From Candidatus Iainarchaeum sp. (GTDB lineage Archaea > Iainarchaeota > Iainarchaeia > Iainarchaeales > Iainarchaeaceae): a stretch of 64,000 nt of DNA. Position numbers and translations under genes: made by a program. The notes beneath the pieces are model-generated. The model worked only from the letters and a program-made list of their open reading frames with translations. It made no database searches and was not told where the DNA came from. The DNA lies in the NCBI GenBank assembly GCA_002687735.1, contig NZBD01000015.1:54499-118498 (forward strand), given 5' to 3'. Of this stretch, positions 9,702 to 19,830 are shown piece by piece (within the stretch, counting starts at the first letter, position 1; every line of letters starts with the position of its first letter).

Positions 9702-10574
9702 TCAGTTCATTAATCTTCTCAGACTTTCTTTAGTCGAAACTTTAAATTCAAATCCAAGAGACTTAATTTTTTTGTTTGAATAATACCTGTCTCTTATCAT
9801 CCTTTTCAAATAAGCAGAGTCTAATAAAGGCACGATTTTCAAGTAACTATTAACAAAAGCAATAATTTTTCCCAAAAAAAGAGGAACCGTTTTCAAAGGT
9901 CTGTTCATTCCGCTTTCAGTTCTAATAAATTCAGCGAGTTCTTTCAGGGTCATTGCTTCATCATCGCAAAGCATAAAAGTTTCCTCAAAACAATTCTCAT
10001 TGTTAACAGAAAATAATATGGCATTCACAACATTTTCCAAAGAAACAAGCTGCCAATGATTAGAACCATCTCCAATAAGCGGAAAATCTTTCCTTATTAG
10101 TTTTACTATTTTATTCCAATAATCAGTTTTTCCTATTATTATTGCGGGCCTGAAAATAGTTACAGGAAAAATTTCCTGATAAGAAAGAACTTTCTGTTCT
10201 GCTTCCCATTTGCTTCTTTCATATCTTGTTTCAGGATTTGGTTTTGTTTCCTCATTTTTTAATCCGGAGGTTTTCCCAAAAACAGCCACACTGCTTAAAA
10301 AAATAAACTGCTTTACTCCGTTTTCTGATGCGGCTTCCAAAACATTTTCTGTACCTTTAACATTAACATCAAACAAATCAGCCGCGTGTTCATCAAGCGT
10401 TGCTGCACAATGCACAACAATATTTGCACCTTTTATAGATTTTTTGACCTGATCCGCTTTAGTAATGTCACAGTTCTGGCGGTTGCATTCAATAACATCA
10501 AAACGCTTTGCTCTCAGTGCTTTAACAAGCGCATTTCCAACTAAACCATTGCCCCCAGTTACTGCAATTTTCAT
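9702..10574 (-). CDS. NAD-dependent epimerase/dehydratase family protein
   Basis: MKIAVTGGNGLVG Rossmann motif. Confidence 0.7.
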   Translation of the reverse strand: MKIAVTGGNGLVGNALVKALRAKRFDVIECNRQNCDITKADQVKKSIKGANIVVHCAATLDEHAADLFDVNVKGTENVLEAASENGVKQFIFLSSVAVFGKTSGLKNEETKPNPETRYERSKWEAEQKVLSYQEIFPVTIFRPAIIIGKTDYWNKIVKLIRKDFPLIGDGSNHWQLVSLENVVNAILFSVNNENCFEETFMLCDDEAMTLKELAEFIRTESGMNRPLKTVPLFLGKIIAFVNSYLKIVPLLDSAYLKRMIRDRYYSNKKIKSLGFEFKVSTKESLRRLMN

Positions 10575-11614
10575 CTTAAATTCCTCATAACAAGTAATAA
10601 GTCTTTTCCGAGTTTTTTCTTTTTCAAAACTCTTACTTTTATAGGTTTCTTAACTTTAAATGCCTTTAAACCCTGTTTAATTTCCCTGTCAGCAATAATA
10701 AAAACCAATCTATCAAACATTTTTTTCCCTAATAATTCTGAAGCAAGTTTGTTTCCTGGTTCAATCAAAACATTTTTTATTCCAAAAGAATAAAGCTTTT
10801 CAAAAGCATCATCCAAACTAATTCCTTTTTTTGAAGCTTTTACAGTAACAACCTTTGCTCCCTTTTCAAGTAAATTTTTTATTTTATTTTTTGGAATTTT
10901 TTTTGTGCAGAAAATAATTGTATTTCCTTTTTCAGAAAGCACTTTAGAATCCAGAGGAATTCTTGCTTTAGAATCAAGTACAACTCTCACAGGATTTTTT
11001 CCTTTCTTTACGCTTAATTTCGGATCATCTTTCAAAACAGTATTGCTTCCAACAATTATTGCATCATTTTGTTCTCGTAGTTTTTGAACAAATCTGGAAG
11101 ATTGTTTTCCGGAAATTTTCTTTTTCTTTCCGTCTCCGAATGAAATAAATCCGTCAATGCTCATGGCGATTTTTATTGTTATTAATGGTTTTTTCTTTAC
11201 AGAATAATTAGTTATGTATAAGTCGTATAGTTTTTTAGCTTCTTTTTCTCTTGTAATTTTTACTGTAATTCCATGTTTCCTTAATTCTTTAGCTCCGTTT
11301 CCTGATTCTTTGTTAGGGTCTCCTTGAGCAATAAAAACACGCTTAATTCCAGCTTTGATAATAGCTTTTGTGCAGGGAGGTTGCTTTCCATAATGATTAC
11401 AAGGCTCAAGTGTTACAAAAAGATCAGCTCCTTTGGCTTTTTTACCTGCTTTTTTCAAAGCTCCAGCCTCAGCATGTTCATCCCCAAATCTCTTGTGATA
11501 GGCTTTTCCAACTATTTTTTCTTCCTTAACAACAACAGCCCCGACCATTGGGTTTGGCCATGTGTCTTTTCCTTTTTCAGCGGCCTTAATTGCTTCTTGC
11601 ATAAAATTTTTCAT
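10571..11614 (-). CDS. ribD: bifunctional riboflavin biosynthesis deaminase/reductase RibD
   Basis: CMP/dCMP deaminase zinc motif (HAE...PCNHYG) plus C-terminal RibD reductase domain. Confidence 0.75.
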   Translation of the reverse strand: MKNFMQEAIKAAEKGKDTWPNPMVGAVVVKEEKIVGKAYHKRFGDEHAEAGALKKAGKKAKGADLFVTLEPCNHYGKQPPCTKAIIKAGIKRVFIAQGDPNKESGNGAKELRKHGITVKITREKEAKKLYDLYITNYSVKKKPLITIKIAMSIDGFISFGDGKKKKISGKQSSRFVQKLREQNDAIIVGSNTVLKDDPKLSVKKGKNPVRVVLDSKARIPLDSKVLSEKGNTIIFCTKKIPKNKIKNLLEKGAKVVTVKASKKGISLDDAFEKLYSFGIKNVLIEPGNKLASELLGKKMFDRLVFIIADREIKQGLKAFKVKKPIKVRVLKKKKLGKDLLLVMRNLR

Positions 11615-12441
11615 TAAAATCCCCCGGTTAATAAAAAGCCCAGTCCGGGAAAAACAAGCGCTAACAAAACCCCTAGAAAAACAAATACTCCAAACCTTGG
11701 AAGATCCCTATAAACAAAAATTTCTTTAATTCCTTTTTTTTCAAGTTCCTTTTTTTCCTTTTCTCCATAAATTCCTTTGAAACCTTTTCCGAGTTTTTCT
11801 CTTTCTTTTTCACTCATAAAATCAAACGCAATTATTTCATCTTCCTCTATATCTTTAAGATTGATTTTTTTCAGAAAAAATTCTTTCCTGATTCCTTTTT
11901 CAAATGCAATAAAAAGAACACCAAAACTAAGAGGGGTTCCAAACAAAAGCAAATAATTATCAGAAACAAAACCTGTTGTTGAAAGCATAAACAAATAAAC
12001 AATCAGGATAACCAAAAAACCAAGCGCTCTCATAATTCCTTGCTTGTTATACTGAAAGTCAATCCCTTTCCGAAAATATTTAATCATATAATAGACTGAC
12101 AGGAAAATTATTGAAGTTAAAGCAGACAAAAGTACAGCTTGAATAATGAAAACACTATCATTGAAAAATGGCAAAGCCAAAGCAATTCCTGTGTAAAGTT
12201 TTACATCCCCGCCGCCAATTTTACCTGTATAATAAAGGACATAACCAATTCCAAAAACTAATATTCCCAAACCAATTCCGGAAAATTCTTGCTCAAGAAT
12301 GTTCACGAATAAGCCAAAAATAATTAGCGGGATTGTTATCCAATCATAAATGTAGCCGGTTTTAAAATCCACATAAGCCCCGACTCCGGAAGCGAGCAAT
12401 ATTGCTATTTGTCTGAGTAAAATAAGTTCCATGTTTATCAA
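11614..12441 (-). CDS. A24-family prepilin/preflagellin peptidase
   Basis: Polytopic membrane protein with catalytic-Asp motifs (AYVDFKTGYI, GGGDVKL). Confidence 0.65.
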   Translation of the reverse strand: MINMELILLRQIAILLASGVGAYVDFKTGYIYDWITIPLIIFGLFVNILEQEFSGIGLGILVFGIGYVLYYTGKIGGGDVKLYTGIALALPFFNDSVFIIQAVLLSALTSIIFLSVYYMIKYFRKGIDFQYNKQGIMRALGFLVILIVYLFMLSTTGFVSDNYLLLFGTPLSFGVLFIAFEKGIRKEFFLKKINLKDIEEDEIIAFDFMSEKEREKLGKGFKGIYGEKEKKELEKKGIKEIFVYRDLPRFGVFVFLGVLLALVFPGLGFLLTGGF

Positions 12442-13784
12442 CGAATTTTGAATTTTTTCTTTTTAGCAAACATCCCCTGTAACTTTTTCATATTCATTCC
12501 TTTCCCGTCTTCAAACTTTTTAGCATCAACATTGCTGAATTGTCTGAAAACTTTTTTCATTTTCTTAAAATTTTTTATAAGTTCTCTTACATCTTCCTGA
12601 GTAACCCCGGAACCTTTCGCAATCCTCGCAATTCTGCTTTTGTTCATTACATCTGGATTTGTTTTTTCTGTTTTAGTCATTGAATCAATCATAAACCCAA
12701 ACTTATTCAGCTTCTGTTCTCCTACCTCTGCCATTTCTTTTGGTAATTGCTGACTCATCCCCATCATGTCAAGAACCTTCCCCATAGGCCCCATCTTTCT
12801 TGCGGCTTTCATCTGCTGGTAAAAAGTTTCTAAAGTAAATTCTCCTTTCAAAAGTTCTTCAGGGTCTATTTGTTCTTCTTCTTGAACTTCTTTTGCTTTC
12901 TCAAGCAATGATTGCAAATCACCATAACCCATTATGCTGCTTAAATATCTTGTTGCATCAAACTCCTGCAAATCATCCGGCTTTTCTCCAGTTCCGATAA
13001 AATAAACGCTTGAATTTGTTGAATGACAGGCTGCTAATGCTCCGCCTCCTTTTGCTGAACCGTCCATTTTTGTTATTATAACTCCGTTAACCCCAACACT
13101 TTTGTGAAATGCTTCCGCTTGTTTCTTTGCTACTTGTCCGACATCAGATCCAATCACTAACCATTTTTCCTTTGCTTTGAAAACATTTTCAATTGCCTTG
13201 ATTTCTTTTGTTAGATCTTCATCCAAAGCACTTCTTCCTGCAGAATCACAAATAACCAAATCATAATCCTTGAATTCCTTTAAACCCTGCTCAATTATTT
13301 TTACCGCATTCTTTTCTTTTTCATTTCCATAAAAATCCGCTTTTACTTTTTTTGCAATAGTTTTTAGTTGTTCAAATGCAGCTGGCCTGAAAACATCCGC
13401 AGCAATAACTCCAACTTTTAATCCTCTTTTGAGGTACCACTTCGCAAGCTTTCCCGTTGTTGTTGTTTTTCCTGATCCGAATAATCCGACAAGTAAAATC
13501 TTTTTCGGTTTTTCCGGCGGTTTTGCATGCCCTCCAAGAATATCAGCAAGGTTATCATGAGTAGCTTTAATCACATGCTCTCTTCTGCTGATTCCTTTTG
13601 GTAAGTCCTGGAATGCTGCTTCTTCAATCTGTTTGCTTAATTTTAGAACTAGGCTTATTTCCACGTCAGAACTAATGAGTGCTCTTTGGAGTTCCTTTAC
13701 TGCTTCTTTAATAGTTGCCTTATCAATTTCTGAGCTGTTTCTTAGTTTCTCTATTGCTTTTCTTAGGTTTTCTCCAAGACTCAT
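12438..13784 (-). CDS. srp54: signal recognition particle protein SRP54
   Basis: NG-domain GTPase motifs (GLFGSGKTTT, DSAGR, TKMDG) and Met-rich M domain. Confidence 0.9.
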   Translation of the reverse strand: MSLGENLRKAIEKLRNSSEIDKATIKEAVKELQRALISSDVEISLVLKLSKQIEEAAFQDLPKGISRREHVIKATHDNLADILGGHAKPPEKPKKILLVGLFGSGKTTTTGKLAKWYLKRGLKVGVIAADVFRPAAFEQLKTIAKKVKADFYGNEKEKNAVKIIEQGLKEFKDYDLVICDSAGRSALDEDLTKEIKAIENVFKAKEKWLVIGSDVGQVAKKQAEAFHKSVGVNGVIITKMDGSAKGGGALAACHSTNSSVYFIGTGEKPDDLQEFDATRYLSSIMGYGDLQSLLEKAKEVQEEEQIDPEELLKGEFTLETFYQQMKAARKMGPMGKVLDMMGMSQQLPKEMAEVGEQKLNKFGFMIDSMTKTEKTNPDVMNKSRIARIAKGSGVTQEDVRELIKNFKKMKKVFRQFSNVDAKKFEDGKGMNMKKLQGMFAKKKKFKIR

Positions 13785-13858
13785 AGTAATCACTAAAATA
13801 TAATAGATTGTATAATAAAAAAAGAATTAAATAGAGGGGAAAAACCCTCCTTTTGTTA

Positions 13859-14077
13859 TTAAGCCTTTGCTACTTCTTGGATTACTTTCTTTCCTTCAGT
13901 TCCTTCTTGTACTTCTTTCTTTTTGGTTCTGAAATTAGCGTATGGTCTGTATTTTGTTTTAGTCCATGCTTCAGGCTGTTTTTTTCTCATTTTGAACTCT
14001 TGTGCGAGTAGTTTCTGTCTGAACTCTTCGTTTGAATCCATTCCTAAAAGATCGTTTAAAGATGCCATGTGAATCAT
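13859..14077 (-). CDS. hypothetical small basic protein
   Basis: 72-aa ORF between TRAM and srp54 genes on the same strand. Confidence 0.3.
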   Translation of the reverse strand: MIHMASLNDLLGMDSNEEFRQKLLAQEFKMRKKQPEAWTKTKYRPYANFRTKKKEVQEGTEGKKVIQEVAKA

Positions 14078-14475
14078 TCCTCCTTTTTTTCCTCTTCGGG
14101 ACTTTCTTCGGTCTCAGCAGAATCTTCCTTTTGGATATCCTCAGTCTCTTCTTCAGCATCCTCATTAGTTTCTTCTGCATCTGCTTCTTCAGTTTCTGCT
14201 TGTGGTTCTTCGCTTTCTTCTTGGTTTTCCTGAGTTTCTGCCTCACCATCAGCAGCATCAGAATCTCCAATAACTTCCCCAAAGCTTACCTTTCCTCTTA
14301 CCGCATTAATCTTTATTTTTACTTTATCTCCTTTTTGCACGTTAGGCACTATAATTACATAGTTGTTAACTCTAGCGATTCCGTCGCCTTTTTCTCCAAT
14401 CCCTTCGATTTCGACATCATAAATGTCTCCTTCTTTTACAGGAATTGCACCAAATTTTCCTCGTTTTTCGTTCAT
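14074..14475 (-). CDS. TRAM-domain protein with acidic C-terminal tail
   Basis: TRAM beta-barrel (GDIYDVEIEGIGEKGDGIARV...) followed by an E/D-rich tail. Confidence 0.75.
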   Translation of the reverse strand: MNEKRGKFGAIPVKEGDIYDVEIEGIGEKGDGIARVNNYVIIVPNVQKGDKVKIKINAVRGKVSFGEVIGDSDAADGEAETQENQEESEEPQAETEEADAEETNEDAEEETEDIQKEDSAETEESPEEEKKEE

Positions 14476-14651
14476 TTAATTTCCCCCATTTACTTATTTT
14501 TCAAATAACGTGCGGATGCACAACAGAACCTATTCTATCAATATTATACTTCAAGAAGAAGGTTATTTTTGTTGAAATCCAATCCTATATTAATAGGTGC
14601 TTTTAAACTATTTAAAGGAAACCCTTTTTGCTAGAATCAGCGTATATTGCC

Positions 14652-14939
14652 TTATTTTAGCACTTCTAGGGTTCCTTGTTTGCCTGTGCCAAGTTGTATT
14701 TGGCCTCGGAATTCTGAACAGTAACCGTTAGAAATCTTGATTTTATCTCCCTCATTGACCTGATCTGTCTGCTCATTCCATAGACTAAGGCTTACTTCCC
14801 CGGTTTCATCCTTTCCTGCACAGTTACATACTGTTCCGGATCCTTTCTCATTAGCCCATTTCCTGATTTCGCCTTTTGAGGTTATTTCAAGTTCTATTTC
14901 GTCAACTGGTGTTCTTGCTTTTAGTTCTGAAACTTTCAT
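14652..14939 (-). CDS. OB-fold nucleic-acid-binding protein (small SSB/RPA-like)
   Basis: 95-aa OB-fold pattern with CxC pair. Confidence 0.45.
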   Translation of the reverse strand: MKVSELKARTPVDEIELEITSKGEIRKWANEKGSGTVCNCAGKDETGEVSLSLWNEQTDQVNEGDKIKISNGYCSEFRGQIQLGTGKQGTLEVLK

Positions 14940-14984
14940 AAAAAAATCACTTAGATTATTGAAATTCTAAATCTTTTTAAATCA

Positions 14985-15091
14985 ACCGCCACAGTTTCGG
15001 CTGTGGGCAACGACGGTTACATGGCAAGACACAGTCTTGCTATGCCCCACAAACTCAAGTTTGTGAGGGTCTCGTTAAAACGAGATAAGCC
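14985..15091 (+). mobile_element. hairpin-headed mini-element copy B (~105 bp)
   Basis: CCGCCACAGTTTCGGCTGTGGGCAACG head followed by three further GC-rich hairpins, abutting the ftsY stop; possible short TSD AAATCA. Confidence 0.5.
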
Positions 15092-15094
15092 AAA

Positions 15095-16354
15095 TCACAA
15101 AATCCTGTCAATAATAAATTCAGACTTGAATTCCAAAAGGTCTTCATACCTTTGACCAGTTCCCACAAACACAATCGGCTTCTTCAGTTTGTATAATAGA
15201 GAAATCGCTGTCCCTCCTTTTGTATCAGTATCGATTTTTGTTAATACAAATCCATCAATTCCAATGGCTTTATCAAATTCCGATGCTTGTTGTAAAAGTG
15301 CCTGGCCAGTATAAGCTTCTCCAACGTATAATTTCACATCCGGTTTGATAACTCTTTCAATTTTTTTAAGTTCATCAATCAGGTTCTTGTTAGTATCTTG
15401 TCTTCCTGCCGAATCAATTAATACAACATCAATGTTTTTTGCTTCTGCTGCTTTAACAGCATCAAACGCAACAGCTGTTGGATCACTCCCATATTTGTGC
15501 TTTACAACTTTTACTCCGAGTTTTTTCCCGTGCTCTTCCAGTTGATCTATTGCTGCTGCTCTGAAAGTATCTCCGGCTGCCAGAATAACACTTTTTTTAT
15601 TATTCATAAAGTATTTGGAAATTTTTGCTATAGAAGTTGTTTTGCCTGCTCCGTTTGGTCCTAAAAATAAAATCTTTAATGGTTTTTCTTTCAGTGAAAG
15701 CAAATTTATTTTTTCTGTTTCCATTATTTTTTCAAGCGAGCCTTTAACTTCTTTTTTAAGAAATTCTCCGACATCTTCTTTTGCAGAAATTTCCTTCCCA
15801 ATAAGTCTTTCTTTTAATTCTTTCACAATAGCTTCTGCTGTATCCTGTTCAACATCAGATTCTAATAAACTTAATTCGAATTCTTCAAAAAATTCTCCTG
15901 CTTCCTTTTCGGTTATTTTGATTTTCCCGCCAATAAAACCAAACAGTTTTTTTCCCAAACCAACTTTTGCTTTTAATTCTCGTTTCTCATCTTTCCGGAT
16001 TTCTTTTACTTTTTCTTCAGCAGCTTTATCTTCTCCGCCAATAGAAAATTTCTCTTCTTCTATTTCAGGTTCAGAAATTTCTTTTTCAATAACAGATTCT
16101 TCGGCTTTCGGTTCAGTTGGTTCTTCAGTTATTTCTTCTTCAGAAACAGTTTCTTCTTTAGTTTCAACAACTTCCTTAACTTCTTGTTCAATTATTGGTT
16201 TTTCTTTAACTGGTTTGGAAACTTGTTCTTTTTGTTCCTGAACAGGTTTAGGCTTTTCAATTTGTTCAGTTTCTTTTTTTGATTCCTGCTTTTGGAGTTT
16301 TTCCTTTAACTTATCCGTAAAATTAGAGACCTTTTTCTTTAGGAAATCAAACAT
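15095..16354 (-). CDS. ftsY: signal recognition particle receptor FtsY
   Basis: Acidic N-terminal region plus NG GTPase motifs (GPNGAGKTT, DSAGR, TKID). Confidence 0.9.
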   Translation of the reverse strand: MFDFLKKKVSNFTDKLKEKLQKQESKKETEQIEKPKPVQEQKEQVSKPVKEKPIIEQEVKEVVETKEETVSEEEITEEPTEPKAEESVIEKEISEPEIEEEKFSIGGEDKAAEEKVKEIRKDEKRELKAKVGLGKKLFGFIGGKIKITEKEAGEFFEEFELSLLESDVEQDTAEAIVKELKERLIGKEISAKEDVGEFLKKEVKGSLEKIMETEKINLLSLKEKPLKILFLGPNGAGKTTSIAKISKYFMNNKKSVILAAGDTFRAAAIDQLEEHGKKLGVKVVKHKYGSDPTAVAFDAVKAAEAKNIDVVLIDSAGRQDTNKNLIDELKKIERVIKPDVKLYVGEAYTGQALLQQASEFDKAIGIDGFVLTKIDTDTKGGTAISLLYKLKKPIVFVGTGQRYEDLLEFKSEFIIDRIL

Positions 16355-16386
16355 AAGATTAATGTGCTTGCTTTGTTATTTTAGGG

Positions 16387-16833
16387 TTAATTCTGAGCAG
16401 CTCTTTGTTTCTGCGTGTGCTGTCTTCCGGCATTCAATACTTGTTCAAGTTGGTTTACTCTTGCCATTGCCTTTTGCTGGTCTTCAGCAATTTTGCTTAT
16501 AGTTTTATTCATGTTTTTGATTTTATTATCAAGAACCTTAATCAGTTCTTTTGAATTCTTTTCTTTGAAAACATTTCCTGAAAGTGAACTTATTGCTTTT
16601 GATGTTTCATCTATTGTCATATTCATGTAAACGCCTGCTCCAAGATTAATAAGTATTTTATCGCCTTTTTTGTTTTTTTCGATTTCAGTTAAAACATCCT
16701 TAGCAGCCAACAGTTCTGTTTTGAATTCCTGAAACCTTGCTACCTGATCATTGATTTGTGCAAGTTTTTGTTTTTCTTGATTTGCCATTTGAATTAATTG
16801 ATTTCCTGTTAATTGTACTTTTTTTTCAACCAT
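16387..16833 (-). CDS. pfdA: prefoldin alpha subunit
   Basis: Coiled-coil/beta-hairpin/coiled-coil pattern; conserved position next to ftsY. Confidence 0.7.
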   Translation of the reverse strand: MVEKKVQLTGNQLIQMANQEKQKLAQINDQVARFQEFKTELLAAKDVLTEIEKNKKGDKILINLGAGVYMNMTIDETSKAISSLSGNVFKEKNSKELIKVLDNKIKNMNKTISKIAEDQQKAMARVNQLEQVLNAGRQHTQKQRAAQN

Positions 16834-16839
16834 TTTTCA

Positions 16840-17028
16840 TCACTTTTTTTTCTCGCTTATTTCATTAATTGTAATGCGGTGTCTATTAAGCTTGTGTTTT
16901 GAGCCTATCATAGAGAATGCCTTTTCTTTTGCAAAACTTTCATTTATTGCAGTGATTTCCTTTGAAAACTTTTTTTCTTCCTGTTTTTCTTTAAAAATTC
17001 CGTTTACAACAAATATTTTTCCAGTCAT
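16840..17028 (-). CDS. rplX: 50S ribosomal protein LX (L18Ae)
   Basis: 62 aa (MTGKIFVVNGIF...GSKHKLNRHRITINEI); conserved eIF6-LX-pfdA synteny. Confidence 0.65.
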   Translation of the reverse strand: MTGKIFVVNGIFKEKQEEKKFSKEITAINESFAKEKAFSMIGSKHKLNRHRITINEISEKKK

Positions 17029-17696
17029 TCTTCTCCCCTCAATCCTTCATCGATTTTTGATAATTCTATTCCTGATGTAAGCTCTCCAACAATAACTCCT
17101 TTTGAGTTAGCCAATACACTGTTTCCGACAAACAAGTCCCCGTAATTAGCGGTTGTTGCTTCTCCTTTAACCCCAAAAACCTTTTCAAGTTCTTTGAAGT
17201 CATTTTCGTTAATATTTGGGTGTGCGATAAACCCTTTATTTGTTACTGTTACACAAGCCCCTATAACATCGCTCTCAGCAATGTTCATAACCTTGAATTT
17301 AACCCCGAAAAAGTCTTCTAATTCACCCACAACTTTCTCAGAGAACAATGTGCTTGCTATTCCGCCATTGTTGTTCAAAGCCACCAGATTTCCAGTGGCT
17401 GTATAACCGCCAATTTGTAATACTTCAAATCCTTCTTTTTCAAGAGTTTCTATTTCGTGTTTTTCAACAATGCTTGAAACAACTAATTTATTATCAAACC
17501 CTGTTGCAAGAATTCCTAACAATGAGGTTCCTCCAAGGTTTGCTTTAATTGATTTTACTTCTAGTTCCGTTTCTATTTTTTTTAATTCTTTTGGTAAAAC
17601 AGAATTTGGAACCAAAACAAATTCATCAGTTGCAATCCCGAAGATTCCCACATAAGGGCTGCTTCTCAAATTTACCCTTTCGAAATTCAAATTCAA
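17025..17696 (-). CDS. eif6: translation initiation factor 6 (aIF6)
   Basis: Pentameric-repeat eIF6 pattern; conserved synteny. Confidence 0.8.
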   Translation of the reverse strand: MNLNFERVNLRSSPYVGIFGIATDEFVLVPNSVLPKELKKIETELEVKSIKANLGGTSLLGILATGFDNKLVVSSIVEKHEIETLEKEGFEVLQIGGYTATGNLVALNNNGGIASTLFSEKVVGELEDFFGVKFKVMNIAESDVIGACVTVTNKGFIAHPNINENDFKELEKVFGVKGEATTANYGDLFVGNSVLANSKGVIVGELTSGIELSKIDEGLRGEE

Positions 17697-17699
17697 AAC

Positions 17700-18137
17700 C
17701 TACTTTCTTTTCATTTCAACAGCTTTTGCTGCTGTTTCTTTAGCCTTTTTTTCTTCGAGCTTTTCTTTCTTTTCTTGATCAGCTTCAACTTCTTTCTTTG
17801 TTTCTTTTTTTGAGTCCTTTGCTTTCTTCTCTGCGTCTTTTTTCTTCTTTGCCTTTTCTTTCTGCTCTAAATAAACTTTCAATTGTTTTCCTTCCTGCAA
17901 GAAAACAGTAACCTTATCATTCTCTTTAAGTAAAATAGTCTTAACCCTTCTCGGGATATTTTTTGAATTCTTGTGTAATTCCTCATTAACCTCATTGCTG
18001 ATGTTTGTTTGTTTAGCTCTTGTGTGCTTTTTCACAAACCTGTTTATTACATTCAGAGCTTTTCTGATTCTTTTTTTAGGAGGAAACATGAATGCGTTTC
18101 TTAGTCCGATCGTATATTCTGCTTGTTCGCCTTTCAT
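17700..18137 (-). CDS. rpl31e: 50S ribosomal protein L31e with K/E-rich C-terminal extension
   Basis: L31e core (TIGLRNAF...IRKALNVIN) plus ~50-aa lysine-rich tail. Confidence 0.75.
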   Translation of the reverse strand: MKGEQAEYTIGLRNAFMFPPKKRIRKALNVINRFVKKHTRAKQTNISNEVNEELHKNSKNIPRRVKTILLKENDKVTVFLQEGKQLKVYLEQKEKAKKKKDAEKKAKDSKKETKKEVEADQEKKEKLEEKKAKETAAKAVEMKRK

Positions 18138-18421
18138 CGTCTTCCACTATCCTTTTTTCCGGTTCTTCTTTTCTTTAATGTTGTAATTGTTTTTTTACCG
18201 CTTTTTGTTCTTTTAATATTCTTAACTTTCCCCTGTTCTCTTTGCTTCTTTTTGAATAAAGTCCCTAAATCAGTTTGTCTCCAGTGTCTGTTTCCTCTTT
18301 TATTGTAAATTCTTTTTCCTGCTTTTTGCAGTATCCAGACCGGAGCGTTAGTTAAACCTGAACCGATTTCTTTTCTTGCCGAAACCAAAAATTCTTTTTC
18401 TTCTTCAGTTTTTCTTCCCAT
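18134..18421 (-). CDS. rpl39e: 50S ribosomal protein L39e with K-rich C-terminal extension
   Basis: L39e core (MGRKT...NRHWRQTDLG) plus lysine-rich tail. Confidence 0.75.
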   Translation of the reverse strand: MGRKTEEEKEFLVSARKEIGSGLTNAPVWILQKAGKRIYNKRGNRHWRQTDLGTLFKKKQREQGKVKNIKRTKSGKKTITTLKKRRTGKKDSGRR

Positions 18422-18426
18422 AAAAA

Positions 18427-18741
18427 TCACTTTCTTGTAATGTTAATGTCCCTTCGCTTGTTCAATTGTCTTAAAATTTCTTTCACTTGCTCCTCGTTCA
18501 ATTTTCCCTGCACCATTCCTTTTTGCACCAAACCCATAATAGCCTGAAATGCTCTGGTGTATAATTCTTTGTTAACAAGCCTTACATTGCTTAGCCTCTG
18601 TTTTGCTTCCTCTGTTAGGATGCTTTTCAAGATGCTTTGCATTTTGTCTTCCATTTCTAAGGCTTGGTTTTCTTCCTCCTGTTGCTTCAAATATTTTTGT
18701 TTTAATTCATCAAGCTTTTTTTCCTTCAGGTCTTCGCTCAT
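18427..18741 (-). CDS. PDCD5/TFAR19-like DNA-binding protein
   Basis: Conserved position between rps19e and rpl39e; helical K/E-rich protein. Confidence 0.6.
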   Translation of the reverse strand: MSEDLKEKKLDELKQKYLKQQEEENQALEMEDKMQSILKSILTEEAKQRLSNVRLVNKELYTRAFQAIMGLVQKGMVQGKLNEEQVKEILRQLNKRRDINITRK

Positions 18742-19363
18742 GCTTTTCCCCTTTCCCTTCAGGACTTCCTTTGGTCGTAGGTTGTTCTTTTTGTTCTTTA
18801 GGAGCTTCTTTAGCTTCCGGTCTTTTTTCCTTTTGTGCTTCTGCGTTTGCTTTCTGCACTGCTGCTTTCTTTTCCTCTAATCTCCTTTTTGTGTTTGCTT
18901 CTATTCGGTCCATTCTTTCCTGCTTTTGCATTAATTTTTTCTTATTAATTTCATCAACTACTTTCTGAACCTCTTTTGATTTTGTGTAAAGTAGTTTTTC
19001 TCCCTGGCCTGTTACTACTCTGCCTTTCTTGGCTTTCTTAAGCAAACCATTCTTTTCAAGTTGCTGTAAACATACTCTGATAACTTTTCCTGATGCTTTC
19101 TTTTTTGCTTCAGGTTTAACTCCTCTGTTTTTTCTTCCGCCGTAATAAGTTCTCAGGCTTCCGGTTCCTGTTGAACCGTGCTTATAAATCTGATAAAGAA
19201 TACTCGCATTTCTCACAAAAAACCAATCAGGGTTGTTTGGAGTTCTTTCATTATGCGCACCAGTTTTTACATAATTGAATATCTCTGGCTGTTGAACCTT
19301 GCCTTTCAGTTCTTTGGCGATCTCTTCTATCAGCATTCCTGCCGGCACATCAAATATACCCAT
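18710..19363 (-). CDS. rps19e: 30S ribosomal protein S19e with long K/E-rich C-terminal extension
   Basis: S19e core plus ~70-aa low-complexity tail that overlaps the next gene by 32 nt. Confidence 0.75.
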   Translation of the reverse strand: MGIFDVPAGMLIEEIAKELKGKVQQPEIFNYVKTGAHNERTPNNPDWFFVRNASILYQIYKHGSTGTGSLRTYYGGRKNRGVKPEAKKKASGKVIRVCLQQLEKNGLLKKAKKGRVVTGQGEKLLYTKSKEVQKVVDEINKKKLMQKQERMDRIEANTKRRLEEKKAAVQKANAEAQKEKRPEAKEAPKEQKEQPTTKGSPEGKGEKHERRPEGKKA

Positions 19364-19482
19364 TTTTTTTACACCTTTTTTTCTCCTTTCGGAGTTGATT
19401 GTTCAAGCCTGCAAAAGCAGACAAACTTCTAAAAGAAGTAACAATAATTCGCCTTGGAAACCTTTAAAAAGCTTGAGTTTTG

Positions 19483-19779
19483 TCAATTTTTGATTTTCCT
19501 TTCAAAACCACATTCTTTGCATTTTATTGTTTGCAAAGTTCCTGCTTTTATTATTTCAGAATTAGTTCTGTTCAGAAAAGCATTGCATTTTTTACAGTAT
19601 TTTGTTTTCAGTTCGCTTGGAAATCTTGCTCTGGTTTTTTTCCCGATTTCGATTGCTATTCCGATATATCTTTTGCTTCGCTCAGGATGCTTTTTCAGTT
19701 CTTGTTCAGCTAACTCAAACAACCGATAAATTCTTTCAAGACCGATTTGTTGCATTTGTGTGTGTTTCATATGATTCAT
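19483..19779 (-). CDS. rnp4: RNase P protein subunit Rpr2/Rpp21
   Basis: Zinc ribbon CKKC...CKEC with basic N-terminal helix. Confidence 0.65.
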   Translation of the reverse strand: MNHMKHTQMQQIGLERIYRLFELAEQELKKHPERSKRYIGIAIEIGKKTRARFPSELKTKYCKKCNAFLNRTNSEIIKAGTLQTIKCKECGFERKIKN

Positions 19780-19830
19780 CTTTATTTTTAGAATGCGTGT
19801 AGGCAGAATACTTTAGAGTTTCATTATTTC

